The notes: generated by a model not told the origin, from the letters alone. Numbered from the stretch's first letter, positions 1 through 10,403 are shown. The stretch: DNA of 64,000 nucleotides from an uncultured Candidatus Binatia bacterium (GCA_965218425.1 OZ244621.1:480001-544000), one strand, 5' to 3'. Program-made: numbers and translations.

Positions 1-489
1 GTCAAGCCCATCGAGCCATATGATCGGCTGGTTGGTACCACCGCTGTGATCATGCCAGGTGAGCTGCGGTGTCAAGATAAGATCCCCTTCATCCATCTCG
101 CACTTTTGACCGTTGACCGTCGTAAAAGCACCCCGGCCCTCGATAACAAAGCGAAGCGCAGCCATGGTATGGCGGTGTGCCCGGGCATGCTCACCCGGTT
201 TCACGTACTGAATGGACAACTGCAACGTGTGGCTGGTGAATCGCCGCCCCTTGAGTCCGGGGTTAATTAGGCGAAGTGTGCGGCGCTCGGAATTTTCCAG
301 GTTTACAACCTCTCCCGCGCGCATGAGCATGGCGTGCACGTCTGACCATTTCCAAACATAGGGCAGTACGCTTGTGGCTGGGTAGGGTGAATAGTTCTCG
401 GGCCCTAAAAGCCAATAACCCTCGATGTTTTTCTCCGCCAGGTCATGGTCGAGACTCTCCATGCTATCGGTGGCACGCGGATTGTTCAT
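1..489 (-). CDS. Gentisate 1,2-dioxygenase-like cupin (3' end runs off the window)
   Basis: Manual translation, absent from the ORF track: MNNPRATDSMESLDHDLAEKNIEGYW...ARAHRHTMAALRFVIEGRGAFTTVNG...LILTPQLTWHDH...IIWLDGLD. HRH and WHDH cupin motifs; GGAGG RBS before ATG at 489. Confidence 0.85.
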   Translation of the reverse strand, partial: MNNPRATDSMESLDHDLAEKNIEGYWLLGPENYSPYPATSVLPYVWKWSDVHAMLMRAGEVVNLENSERRTLRLINPGLKGRRFTSHTLQLSIQYVKPGEHARAHRHTMAALRFVIEGRGAFTTVNGQKCEMDEGDLILTPQLTWHDHSGGTNQPIIWLDGLD

Positions 490-645
490 GATGATCCTCC
501 CGGGCTTGCCGATTACTGATCTATCTGGTCCGAACAAGTCTATTCAAAGCACCCGTAAGATGTCAACGCGCCCATGGCAGTGCATTGACAAACTCTACGT
601 TATTGGATACCTACGCTCCATCGCAACAACCAATAAAGAGACCTC

Positions 646-2277
646 ATGACCGCTACCAGATCATCTATCATTCCCGTTCTTATTGTAGGCGGAGGTCCGG
701 TGGGCCTGGCCCTGGCAGTGGAACTCGGAGTGCGTGGCATCAGGTGCATGCTTGTGGAACAGGGTGACGGCAAGGTCCTGGCTCCCAAGATGAGCCAACT
801 GACCACGCGCACCATGGAGTTCTGCCGGCGCTGGGGCGTCGTGGATCAGGTCAAGAATGCCGGATGGCCGCAAGACCAGCCGGGGGACTTCGTTTACCTT
901 ACCAGCCTGGTGGGCCATGAACTGTTACGCCGTAGGGTCCCCCCCTACGCTAAACAGCGCGAACTCGCATACACGCCTGAAGGACCCCGTCAATGTCCGC
1001 AGATTTTTTTCGATCCGATCCTGCTTCGGCGTGTCGCCGCATTATCGACAGTGACGCTGCGTCATCGGACTCGCTTCGACTCGTTCACCATGGATTCGGA
1101 GGGTGTCCATGTAGGTTTGACCGACATGACCTCAGGGGAGGTTGAAACCATCGTTGCTGATTATCTTGTGGGATGTGACGGGTTCGAAAGCCCCGTGCGC
1201 AGGGGGCTTGGCATCCCGTTTTCCGGTTCGGGGGTATTGAGCTTCAGCGTAAGTATATTTTTTCGATCCCCGGCACTCCCATCGCTACACAACAAGGGCT
1301 GGGCGCGTTTCTACAGGCCGGTGGACTCCACCGGACACTGGGGCGACTTGATCGCCATCGATGGGCGTGAACTCTGGCGATTGACTGTACTCGACCTCGA
1401 TCCGGACACGGACATGGGGAAGTTCGACGTGGCCGGATGCCTGCGTAGGGCGGTGGGAACTGACTTTCCTTACGAGGTTATTTCGGTCCTACCGTGGAAA
1501 CGACGGGACCTGATCGCGGATGGCTACGGTCAGCAGCGCATCTTCATCGCCGGTGATGCAGCCCATCAATGCTCCCCCACGGGCGGCATCGGCATGAACA
1601 CGGGCATCGGAGACGCGGTGGATATCGGCTGGAAGCTTGCGGCGGTCCTGGACGGATGGGGAGGCAAGGGGCTGCTGCAATCCTATGAAGTCGAACGAAG
1701 ACCCGTCGCTGTAAGTCACGTAGCAAGTTCAACCGAGCTGTACCGGCGGCTAACGGCATATTCTGGAGGAGCGGCCATCGCCGATGACACCCCCGAAGGT
1801 GAACGTGTCCGTCAACAATTCGTGCGGGAATACCACGAGTCCGAAGGTAAAATCGAATCTGCAAACGAAAACGTCAAGCTCGGCTATTGCTACGAGCGCT
1901 CACCGATTATTTCGCCCGACGGAACCAATGCGCCTGACGACTCATCCGGGGATTTTATCCCATCGGCTCGACCGGGGTCCCGCGCGCCCCATGCGTGGAT
2001 CGGCAACGGCAGGTCTACCCTCGACCTATTTGGCCAAGGGTTTGTGCTTCTCTGCTTCAGCAACGCCCCCACAGAAGCAGCGGGCTTTGTGGATGCCGCA
2101 GCCACCGTCGGAGTTCCGTTCCATGTGGTTAACATCAACAACACAAAAATCGCCGAGCTGTACGAACGCAGATTTGTACTGGTTCGACCGGACGGCCACG
2201 TGGCCTGGCGCGGCGACACCTGCCCTGAAAACCCCCGGGACCTATTGGATTTGGTCCGTGGCGAAAAATCATACTGA
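646..2277 (+). CDS. FAD-dependent aromatic monooxygenase (PheA/TfdB-like)
   Basis: GGGPVG Rossmann motif, DG motif (LVGCDG), GDAAH..P.GG.GMN, C-terminal LVRPDGHVAWR. Confidence 0.9.
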   Translation: MTATRSSIIPVLIVGGGPVGLALAVELGVRGIRCMLVEQGDGKVLAPKMSQLTTRTMEFCRRWGVVDQVKNAGWPQDQPGDFVYLTSLVGHELLRRRVPPYAKQRELAYTPEGPRQCPQIFFDPILLRRVAALSTVTLRHRTRFDSFTMDSEGVHVGLTDMTSGEVETIVADYLVGCDGFESPVRRGLGIPFSGSGVLSFSVSIFFRSPALPSLHNKGWARFYRPVDSTGHWGDLIAIDGRELWRLTVLDLDPDTDMGKFDVAGCLRRAVGTDFPYEVISVLPWKRRDLIADGYGQQRIFIAGDAAHQCSPTGGIGMNTGIGDAVDIGWKLAAVLDGWGGKGLLQSYEVERRPVAVSHVASSTELYRRLTAYSGGAAIADDTPEGERVRQQFVREYHESEGKIESANENVKLGYCYERSPIISPDGTNAPDDSSGDFIPSARPGSRAPHAWIGNGRSTLDLFGQGFVLLCFSNAPTEAAGFVDAAATVGVPFHVVNINNTKIAELYERRFVLVRPDGHVAWRGDTCPENPRDLLDLVRGEKSY

Positions 2278-2386
2278 ATTCACCGCAAGCGTGAGGCTGG
2301 CTGTTGACAGGTCCAGGGGAAGATGGTTTATGAAATCTCGATGACTTCGCTCAACCGTCCGATCGCTTCATGCAAGGAGGTTATTG

Positions 2387-3364
2387 ATGCTTACACTGAA
2401 GGGCGCGTTCTCTAACAACCCCAGGTCGGCCCCGTTGGTGGAAGGCGCCGTGCAGGTCGAGGGTGTCGACATCCACTGGGAAATATTCAAGAACCCGGGC
2501 GAATTGTTCGCAGCGCAGCTCCGGAACAACAGCTTCGACGTATTCGAATTTTCCATTTCCGATTACGTGAACGTTCTCTCCAGGCCCACCGCCCGTTGGG
2601 AGTGGACGGCCATCCCGATTTTTCTCAGCCGTGCATTGTTGCAGCTTAATACCTGGGTCAACGTAAAGTCGGGCGTCACGAGTGCGAGCGACATGAAGGG
2701 CAAGCGCCTGGCGGTGGGAGACTACACCCAGACCGCTTTTGTCTGGTTCCGAGCCATGGTTGACCGATTATACGGTATCCAGAGCCAAGACATCGCCTGG
2801 TATAACGCGCGCGTTGGGACCGACAGCCACTCGGTGCTGCTCGGTTTGAAGGATGAGCCTCCTCCAGGTGTTTCCATCACCTTCCTGACCCGGCTAGAGG
2901 AGGCCAACGAGATGCTACAGTCAGGCGCAATCGATGCCGCCAACGGCAGGAGCATCCCCATTGATACTCAATCACCCAATGTCCGCCCCCTGTTCCCCGA
3001 TGGCGGGCGCGGCTTTTTGGAAGAGTTTTACCGAACAGTGGGGTTCACTCCTGTAAACCACACTGTAGGAATCCAGCAACGGGTGGTAGAGGAAAATCCC
3101 TGGCTTCCGGAGGCTCTGTACGACGCCTTTGAGCGCTCGAAACAGGAGGCCTACCGGCGTGACCCCGCCAACAGGCTTATTCTGAGAGAAGAAGCCGGAC
3201 TGGAACTGGCCGAATCGGTTTTCGGACAAGATCCGTACGTGTCCGGACTGGCAAAAAACCGGGAGATGCTCACCATGACCGTTGACCAACTGTTTAAGGA
3301 CGGGCTGATTCGGGACCGGGTGGATGTGGACGCCCTTTTCTGGGAAAGCGTACGTAAATCCTAA
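2387..3364 (+). CDS. 4,5-dihydroxyphthalate decarboxylase-like protein (substrate-binding-protein fold)
   Basis: FDVFEFSIS, AIPIFLSR, GKRLAVGDYTQTA, PVNHTV and FGQDPYVSGL motifs; AGGAGG RBS. Confidence 0.7.
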   Translation: MLTLKGAFSNNPRSAPLVEGAVQVEGVDIHWEIFKNPGELFAAQLRNNSFDVFEFSISDYVNVLSRPTARWEWTAIPIFLSRALLQLNTWVNVKSGVTSASDMKGKRLAVGDYTQTAFVWFRAMVDRLYGIQSQDIAWYNARVGTDSHSVLLGLKDEPPPGVSITFLTRLEEANEMLQSGAIDAANGRSIPIDTQSPNVRPLFPDGGRGFLEEFYRTVGFTPVNHTVGIQQRVVEENPWLPEALYDAFERSKQEAYRRDPANRLILREEAGLELAESVFGQDPYVSGLAKNREMLTMTVDQLFKDGLIRDRVDVDALFWESVRKS

Positions 3365-3383
3365 TGGAGAAAAATATCACTCG

Positions 3384-3530
3384 CGCAAAGACGCAAAGCA
3401 AAATCAGCTTTCAGCCATCAGCCTCGGACAGGTAGCAGGAAAGCGAAGATCGCAATTTAGTACCGAGTCACAAGCGCCGAGTTCCAAGTGGGGAGGGATG
3501 AGAGCTGAGAACAGAGAGCTGAAGATTGAA
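3384..3530. repeat. Short intergenic tandem repeats (cgcaaag x2; tcagcNN x3; gagagct-like heptamers)
   Basis: Read directly at 3384-3424 and about 3500-3530. Confidence 0.45.
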
Positions 3531-3637
3531 AAAGAGCCAAAAAAAGATCCGGACGCCCTGCGCCTGCGCTATCGCTTTGCTTTTTGACGGTCCGCGAGAG
3601 TCTCTCTTGAGTAGGTGATATTCTTTTAGGAGAACAG

Positions 3638-4183
3638 ATGCCTAACAAACCGATCCCAATCGATGTAACCGTGGATGCGAGGACCACAGGCCTGCTGGTC
3701 CTGGATCTAAACGCCCGGTGCGAAGACCCCAAGGAACCCTGCCATAAACTCGTGGGGCCGGTGGCAAAATTTTTACCCAGGGCAAGAGAGGCCGGGATCT
3801 TTATCGTTTATACGGTGGCGGATCGCTACCAGGGAACTCCTTTAGAAAAGATGCCCACAGCGTTTCAACAAAAAGACGATGAGCCGGTGACTTTCCCGGC
3901 CGCTTTCGACAAGTTTTACGGTGGAGAACTGCACCACCTGCTGACGGCTCGAGAGCTCAAAACCTTGATCGTCACCGGTGCATCCAGCAATCAGGCGGTA
4001 CTCTACACGGCAACGGCAGCCGTCAGACCTTTTGGATATGATGTGATAATTCCTCTGGATGGGCTCATTGCCCGTGGGGACTACGAGCAGGAATACACGC
4101 TGCACCAGTTCACGATCTTACCCGCAGGCGCGGCTGAAAAGTTCAAGATCACCCAGTTCGACCGGATCACCATCGCACAGTAA
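3638..4183 (+). CDS. Isochorismatase/cysteine hydrolase family protein
   Basis: LLVLD, LIVTG...VLYTA, GYDVIIPLDG fold motifs; the nucleophile position reads NQAV rather than xxCV. Confidence 0.8.
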   Translation: MPNKPIPIDVTVDARTTGLLVLDLNARCEDPKEPCHKLVGPVAKFLPRAREAGIFIVYTVADRYQGTPLEKMPTAFQQKDDEPVTFPAAFDKFYGGELHHLLTARELKTLIVTGASSNQAVLYTATAAVRPFGYDVIIPLDGLIARGDYEQEYTLHQFTILPAGAAEKFKITQFDRITIAQ

Positions 4184-4196
4184 GGCAACCTGAGGG

Positions 4197-5162
4197 TCAC
4201 ACCTTGAAACCGTGCTCGAGATACCATTGGGCCGCCCCGGGGTGCAGGGGAACATCCAAGGGCGTCGCCTCGGTATCCTGTCCTAGCTGGCCGATGCCGG
4301 TGTAGGCGCCCTCTTCCCATGGAATCTCAGTTTCGCGCGCCTGTAGGGCACCGCAGACCTTGTAGGCCATTTCGTCCGGCAAAGATTCCCGCGTGTAAAG
4401 GGGCCAGCCACCGAAGTCAATACAGGTATGATCTGTCTTGAGACCGGGATACTTGCCCGCGGGGATTACGGCCCGCCGCCATCCAAGAGCTTCCATCTTC
4501 TGAAACGCCGGTTCCTCAAGAGTAACGGGCTCCAATCCCGCTTCCAGAGCTTTGGGAAACCAGGTTCCAAGTCCCTCGTCAAAGACCGCGTCCACTTCTC
4601 CCGCCTTCAGTGGGGACAAACGACGCTCATCACCGGGACCACCGGCTAGAATCAATTTACCCCCCCAAGACTCAAGGTCGGCCACGGTAAAGCCATAAAA
4701 AGATAACAGCTGGTCTATCAGTACGCGCGTCGAGTGAGTAACGTCCTCACGTATGGACAGCCGGAGCGGATATTGTTTTTCCTTGATCTGGCTCAGGGAG
4801 GTTAGTCCAGTGCGAGGATGGATAAGACAGGCGAAACGGTCCCAGGACGGGTAGTTTGCCACAACCCTCACGGGGAGCGGCTTGGAGAACAGACCCTTGC
4901 CACGATAGGCTTGGGTCAACATGCCCGACGGGTTAACCACCGCCATTTCCAGATCGCCTCGCACCACGGAGTGGGCCAATATGGGGGAACCCGAGGACAG
5001 GCGAAGCCAAGGGCGATAGTTCTCGCCGGACCCACTACCCACAGAGATACAAATATCGCGGTTCCCGAAATACGGTTCCTTTGGATCGCCTGCTATGTAC
5101 AACCCGATCTCCCAAAGCATCTTCGCGCGCCTAAAGTTCGCGCCACGCGGTAACGGTTCCAT
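4197..5162 (-). CDS. TAXI-family TRAP solute-binding-like protein without obvious signal peptide
   Basis: IPAGKYPG, LPDEMAYK and C-terminal VPLHPGAAQWYLEHG typical of TAXI proteins. Confidence 0.7.
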   Translation of the reverse strand: MEPLPRGANFRRAKMLWEIGLYIAGDPKEPYFGNRDICISVGSGSGENYRPWLRLSSGSPILAHSVVRGDLEMAVVNPSGMLTQAYRGKGLFSKPLPVRVVANYPSWDRFACLIHPRTGLTSLSQIKEKQYPLRLSIREDVTHSTRVLIDQLLSFYGFTVADLESWGGKLILAGGPGDERRLSPLKAGEVDAVFDEGLGTWFPKALEAGLEPVTLEEPAFQKMEALGWRRAVIPAGKYPGLKTDHTCIDFGGWPLYTRESLPDEMAYKVCGALQARETEIPWEEGAYTGIGQLGQDTEATPLDVPLHPGAAQWYLEHGFKV

Positions 5163-5383
5163 GGTCTACCTCCCGGTTGAACAAAATCTTTCTCAAGGCA
5201 CTGAAGGAGTCATCGGTAGTCCTCAGTTGAGAGCGCGTACATTACGTTCGGGAAGGGGCTGTTGTCAAGCCATGAGAAAACCAAGCTAGATTATGAGGTG
5301 TGACGTACATACCGGCCTCTCAAGGACAACGAGTTGAAGGGTTCCCCCCGCTCTGCTACATAGGAGCGGGTTTGTAGCGATCC

Positions 5384-5857
5384 GTGAAACGCGAGATACA
5401 GGTTAAAATTAACGGTCGAACATACCAGGAAGAGGTAGAGCCTCGTCTGCTTCTGTCTTACTTTCTGCGCGAGACTGTCGGCTTGACGGGAACCCACATG
5501 GGCTGTGTCATCGGGGAGTGCGGCGCCTGTTCAGTCCTGGTGAATGATAAGCTCGTTAAGTCATGTCTTCTCTTTGCCGTGCAGGTGGACGGAAAAGAAG
5601 TTTTGACGGTGGAAGGAATCGCGAAAAACGGTGATCTCCACCCCATTCAGGAAGCCTTTGTCCAGAAATACGGTCTCCAATGCGGCTATTGCACACCGGG
5701 AATGATTCTGGCGGCCCACCACTTGCTAGCCCATAGCCCGGACCCCACCGATGACGAGATCCGCAGGGGACTCTCGGGAAACCTCTGTATGTGTACCGGC
5801 TACATGCAAATCGTGGAGGCGGTTAAAGAAGCCGCCAGGAGCCTTAAGAATGGCTAA
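5384..5857 (+). CDS. Molybdenum hydroxylase small 2Fe-2S subunit (CoxS-like)
   Basis: GCxxGECGAC, QCGYCTPG and NLCMCTGY motifs. Confidence 0.95.
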   Translation: MKREIQVKINGRTYQEEVEPRLLLSYFLRETVGLTGTHMGCVIGECGACSVLVNDKLVKSCLLFAVQVDGKEVLTVEGIAKNGDLHPIQEAFVQKYGLQCGYCTPGMILAAHHLLAHSPDPTDDEIRRGLSGNLCMCTGYMQIVEAVKEAARSLKNG

Positions 5858-8267
5858 ATACGTCGGCCAATCCACAAGAAGCAAAGAAGGTCCACGGCAT
5901 GTCTCGGGGAGAGGCTTTTTTACTGACGATGTAAGATTGGCCGGGATGCTCCATGCCGTGATCCTGAGAAGCCCGTATGCCCACGCGCGCGTTTTAAAGG
6001 TAAACGATGCGGCCGCCCTCGCCGCCCCTGGAGTCGTCGCCACCTTCACGCCTCAAGAGCTGAAGGAAAAGACAAAACCCTTCAGGCCGGGTCGATACTC
6101 CGCCGGTTTAGCCCGGCCCATTCAGGAATACGCGGGCGCAACTGATAAGGTCCGCTACCTTGGCGAGCCGGTTGGGGCCGTTGCCGCGCGCACTCGTGCC
6201 GAGGCCGAAGACGCCCTCGAGCTAATGGAAGCCGAGTATGAACCCCTGACTCCGGTAATCCAAACAGCCGATGCCCTTCGAGCCGATTCTCAACCCATCT
6301 TTGAAGAGCTGGGTTCCAATAGAGCCTGGACCGGCACCCTCACCTACGGTGACATCGAGGGTGCCTTTAAACAAGCCGACAGGGTCGTCGAAGAGAAGCT
6401 CAAGATCCATCGCTACAGCTCCACCCCACTCGAGCCCCTGGCCTGTGTTGCATCCTTTGACGCAGCAAGCAAAAAACTAACGGTTTGGATCAACACCCAG
6501 GTCCCAGATAACATTTACGACGCCCTTAGAGATGCCTTCGGCCTGGACGATATCCGGGTGATCATCCCGGACATCGGAGGCGGATTCGGCCAGAAAATTC
6601 ACCTGATCAAGAACTACGCCGTTCTCATAAGCTTCCTGGCCATCAAGAGCAATCGCCCGGTCAAGTGGATCGAGGATCGAAGCGAGCACATGATGGCGGC
6701 GGGCCATGCATGCCAGCAGGAGTTTGAGGTTGAAGCCGCAGTCAAAAAGAATGGGACGGTACTGGGGCTCAGGTTCAAAGAGTACGATGACGTTGGTGGA
6801 TCCATGGGGACCCTCACCATCCACTTCACCAATAAACTAAACAACCTCACAAACACCTATAAAGTGAAGGCCATGTCCATGGAAGGTCATTCACTCATCA
6901 CAAACAAATGTCCCGTGATTCCCAATCGGGGCATTGGCAAGCCGGCCATGTGCTTTGTCTGGGAGCGGATCATGGACAAGATCGCCCAGGAATTGGATTT
7001 GAGCCCCATCGAGGTCCGCTCCGTCAATCTGGTGCAAGCATCTGAGATGCCGTACGAAACTCCCAACGGGAATATCTATGATAGCGGTGATTACCCGGGA
7101 CTCCTAAAGCGACTGCTGGAGAAGGTCGATTACGACAACCTCAAAAAAGAACAGGAAGAAAAAAGAAAAAAAGGAACCTATCTGGGAATTGGTGTGGTCA
7201 TCGGTGTGGAGCCGGGCGGCAGAAATGCAGCCCGTGACATGGCCGTCTTCCCGGAAATGAGACAAGTCCCGGGAGCCGGCGGAGTGAACGGCGCGACCAT
7301 TAAAATGGAAAAGAACGGTACCATAGCCCTTTATCTAGGTTCACCCAACTGCGGTCAGTCCCATGAAACCACCAGTGCTCAAATCACCGCAGACATCCTC
7401 GGAATTTCACCCGACCGTATAAGTGTTACAACCCCCTTCGATAGTGACCTAGCCCCCTGGGGCGTGTCGGCGGCAAACAGTGGCAACAACTTCCATCTCT
7501 ACGACGTCGGGGCCATCCAGGGCGCCGCACGGAAACTTCGGGAAAAGATCTTGACCTTTGCGGCCTACATCCTTGCCACATCTCCTGAAAAGCTCACCAT
7601 AGAGGATGGAGTTGTATTTATAAGCGGTTCACCAGGGAAAAAAATAAGCTTCGCCGACCTGGGAAGACTAGCCTATAGCAACCAATCGGTGATGCCTTCA
7701 GGCTTTGAAGGAGGTTTGCACACGACCTTTTACTACACCTACCCCCATGCTCAACCCTATTTGACGCCAGACGTAAACCGCAAAGTGCGAGCGCAGTTTT
7801 CTTTTTCGGCGGCAGCCCACGCAGCCGTGGTGGAGGTCAATGAGGCCACCGGGGAAGTGAAGGTCCAGCGCTACGTAATTGTCAGCGACAACGGAACCAT
7901 CCTCAATCCCAGTGTCGTGGATGGACAGGCCTTCGGCTCCGCCGCCCATGGGATATCCGTGGCCCTGGGCGAAGGCTTTGTGTACAGTTCGGACGGCCAG
8001 CTCCTGACAGTAACCCTCACGGACTATGGCAAGTCCTCAACGTTGGAAACGCCGAAGATCGAGTTGGAACACTACCCTGTTCCCTCCCCTTTCAGCGCCC
8101 TGGGTCAAAAGGCGGCGGGCGAGGGGGCAGCCATACCATCCCCGGCCGCCATCGCCAGTGCCGTGGAGGATGCGTTGAAACCTCTGGGGGTTAAGGTAAG
8201 GGAACTACCCCTGTCTCCGGAATCGGTCTGGCGTCTCATTCAAGATGCAAGGGGAACGTCAACATGA
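5850..8267 (+). CDS. Xanthine dehydrogenase-family molybdopterin large subunit (CoxL-like, not form I CO dehydrogenase)
   Basis: RSPYAHA, GGGFGQK, YDSGDY, GQSHETT, KAAGE; start taken as the ATG at 5850 overlapping the upstream gene. Confidence 0.92.
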   Translation: MAKYVGQSTRSKEGPRHVSGRGFFTDDVRLAGMLHAVILRSPYAHARVLKVNDAAALAAPGVVATFTPQELKEKTKPFRPGRYSAGLARPIQEYAGATDKVRYLGEPVGAVAARTRAEAEDALELMEAEYEPLTPVIQTADALRADSQPIFEELGSNRAWTGTLTYGDIEGAFKQADRVVEEKLKIHRYSSTPLEPLACVASFDAASKKLTVWINTQVPDNIYDALRDAFGLDDIRVIIPDIGGGFGQKIHLIKNYAVLISFLAIKSNRPVKWIEDRSEHMMAAGHACQQEFEVEAAVKKNGTVLGLRFKEYDDVGGSMGTLTIHFTNKLNNLTNTYKVKAMSMEGHSLITNKCPVIPNRGIGKPAMCFVWERIMDKIAQELDLSPIEVRSVNLVQASEMPYETPNGNIYDSGDYPGLLKRLLEKVDYDNLKKEQEEKRKKGTYLGIGVVIGVEPGGRNAARDMAVFPEMRQVPGAGGVNGATIKMEKNGTIALYLGSPNCGQSHETTSAQITADILGISPDRISVTTPFDSDLAPWGVSAANSGNNFHLYDVGAIQGAARKLREKILTFAAYILATSPEKLTIEDGVVFISGSPGKKISFADLGRLAYSNQSVMPSGFEGGLHTTFYYTYPHAQPYLTPDVNRKVRAQFSFSAAAHAAVVEVNEATGEVKVQRYVIVSDNGTILNPSVVDGQAFGSAAHGISVALGEGFVYSSDGQLLTVTLTDYGKSSTLETPKIELEHYPVPSPFSALGQKAAGEGAAIPSPAAIASAVEDALKPLGVKVRELPLSPESVWRLIQDARGTST

Positions 8268-9124
8268 TTCCCGGTGCTTTTGAATACTACGCTCCAAACT
8301 CTCTGAAAGAGGCCCTCTCGCTTCTTTCGGGTCATGGTTACGAGGCGAAGTTGCTCGCCGGAGGTCAGAGCCTGGTTCCCTTAATGAAGCTGCGTCTCTC
8401 CAAGCCAAAGGCGATCATCGACATCGGAAGGGTCCCTGAACTGGACTGGATTCGGCTTGAGGGCAGCGATATTCTAATCGGCGCCGCCACAACCTATAGC
8501 CGGCTTGAAGGGTCCGAACTACTCAAGTCTAGTTGCCCCCTATTGCCTCAAACCGCAAACCTAGTTGCCGACCTACAAGTACGGAACCAGGGGACTCTGG
8601 GTGGCGCCCTGGCTCATGCTGACCCGGCGGCCGATCTGCCAGCTGCCATTCTCGCCCTGGACGCGGAAATCAAATTGGCGGGCCCCAGCAGCGAGCGATG
8701 GGTCAAGGCGCAGGATTTTTTTGTCTCCATGCTAGCCACTGCACTAACACCCGAGGAAATAATTACGGAAATCCGCGTTCCTGTTTTGGAGCGGGCGAAG
8801 ACCGCCTATCTTAAAGCGGCCAAGCGGGCGGAGGGATTTGCCATTGTTGGTGTCGCAGCGTGCTTAAAGGTAAACCCAAGCGGGGTATGCGAAGATCTCC
8901 GTATCGGCCTCACAGGGGTTACGGACAAAGCCTTTCGGGCGGAAAATGTAGAACAAATGATAAAGGGTAAGAAATTGGAGGCCAGACTAATTGAGGAGGC
9001 TTCGGCACGAGTGATCGATGGTGTGGACGTGGCGGACGACATTAATGCTTCAGCGAAATATCGCTCCCACCTGGCCCAGGTCTATACTGCCCGTGCCCTT
9101 CAAACTGTGTCCGGAAACCCCTGA
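8264..9124 (+). CDS. Molybdenum hydroxylase FAD-binding medium subunit (CoxM-like)
   Basis: LAGGQSL and VRNQGTLGGALAHADPAAD; ATGA overlap with the large subunit. Confidence 0.95.
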   Translation: MIPGAFEYYAPNSLKEALSLLSGHGYEAKLLAGGQSLVPLMKLRLSKPKAIIDIGRVPELDWIRLEGSDILIGAATTYSRLEGSELLKSSCPLLPQTANLVADLQVRNQGTLGGALAHADPAADLPAAILALDAEIKLAGPSSERWVKAQDFFVSMLATALTPEEIITEIRVPVLERAKTAYLKAAKRAEGFAIVGVAACLKVNPSGVCEDLRIGLTGVTDKAFRAENVEQMIKGKKLEARLIEEASARVIDGVDVADDINASAKYRSHLAQVYTARALQTVSGNP

Positions 9125-9156
9125 GTTAAAGCGTCGCGGGAGGTGTTTTCCGAAGA

Positions 9157-9500
9157 TTACTTGCCCAGCTCTTCTTTGGCGTGCTTCATGCGGATACTGA
9201 TGGCGCGCTTGCCCACTTCCTTGGCCTCGCGGAAGCACCTCTTGTTTAGCAACAGGTAGCATACCCTCTCAGAATCAAACCAACCTGCGGGTGCTCTGAC
9301 CCCAAAGCCTTTTCTGAAATATTCAAGGCTCTCTTGTAGAGTGGCTCCGCCTCATCCTGCCTACCCTGGGTCCGGCAGAGATCAGCCGGATGATCGAGGG
9401 AAAGGGCTACTTGTGGATGATGCGGTCCAAACCTCTTTTCAGATATTTCCAGAGACCGCAGATAGAACGGTTCCGACTCAGTGCGCCCGTTAGACTTGCC
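9157..9500 (-). pseudogene. Frameshifted TPR protein remnant (kinesin-light-chain-like repeats)
   Basis: AEPLYKRALNISEKALGSEHPQV repeats; the tail EAKEVGKRAISIRMKHAK is in another frame; no intact N-terminus. Confidence 0.7.
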
Positions 9501-10403
9501 CGAACGGAATCCCCTGAGCCATTTACAGCCCGACAGGCAGTCAGTGAAATCTAAAACGGACATAGCATCAAACCCCTTGCACAGAATATATAAGCTAATA
9601 ATGCGCCAGCTTGTTGTGTCAGATTTGCAACGGAAGTATCTGGAAATACAAGGGTTTCTGGCGGGCGGGGATCCCATGGAGCGACAAAACCCGCAATGGC
9701 GCCGCACTTTAAGACGGGCCTGATGGTTTGTGGCGCACCCATGCCAAGCCCCCCATCCGGAGGCGAATTCCAGGGAGCGCATTGAGGTACAGTCCCATTT
9801 CAAATTTGTACCGCCCCATGGGACGCTGAAGAGAAATTTGAGACTTGGAACAAAATGCATATTCATCGTTGACACAAGGCTTAACACCTAAATAAAAATG
9901 AGCCGATTCGACTTCGAATCTCTACCCCAGGGGATTGCTGAAGGCCGCACCCGGTAGCGGGGAGAACGGGAAATGCTTGGTCCTATCAGGACTGCGCTGA
10001 AACGCTGGGGTCAACAGACGCTTACGAAATATCGCATCATGAATACTAAGATCCCGGTCAAATGGTCCAACTTCTGGAATAGCCGCGAGATGTTCCCTCT
10101 CCTGGTGGATCCGGCAATCGAAGAGGATCGCTTCATGTTCAATGATAATGAGGTTGCCTTCTTCACCGAACTTGCTGATCAAACCAAGGAAGGGATCAAC
10201 CGTTTCAACCGGCAAAAGTTTTTCCGGGGCTTTCCAAACATGTTGACGAAAAAGCGTTCCACCGACGGTTAACCTTCCGTGAACTCATTTCACTCGATCC
10301 TCAGTACCGTACCAGCCGGCCATCAAATCGAGCTTGAGGCTCTGAACTCTAAGGTATAGAATGCCCACGATTCGTCGAACTAACCTGAGAGGAAAGAAAA
10401 CCC

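Noticed and set aside
5384..9124. Aerobic CO dehydrogenase
   Set aside because: Lacks the AYRCSFR motif, has S-L-M order and no coxDEFG accessory genes.
9246..9887. 213-aa ORF as an intact gene
   Set aside because: Only the last third is TPR-like; the rest looks like read-through of unrelated sequence.
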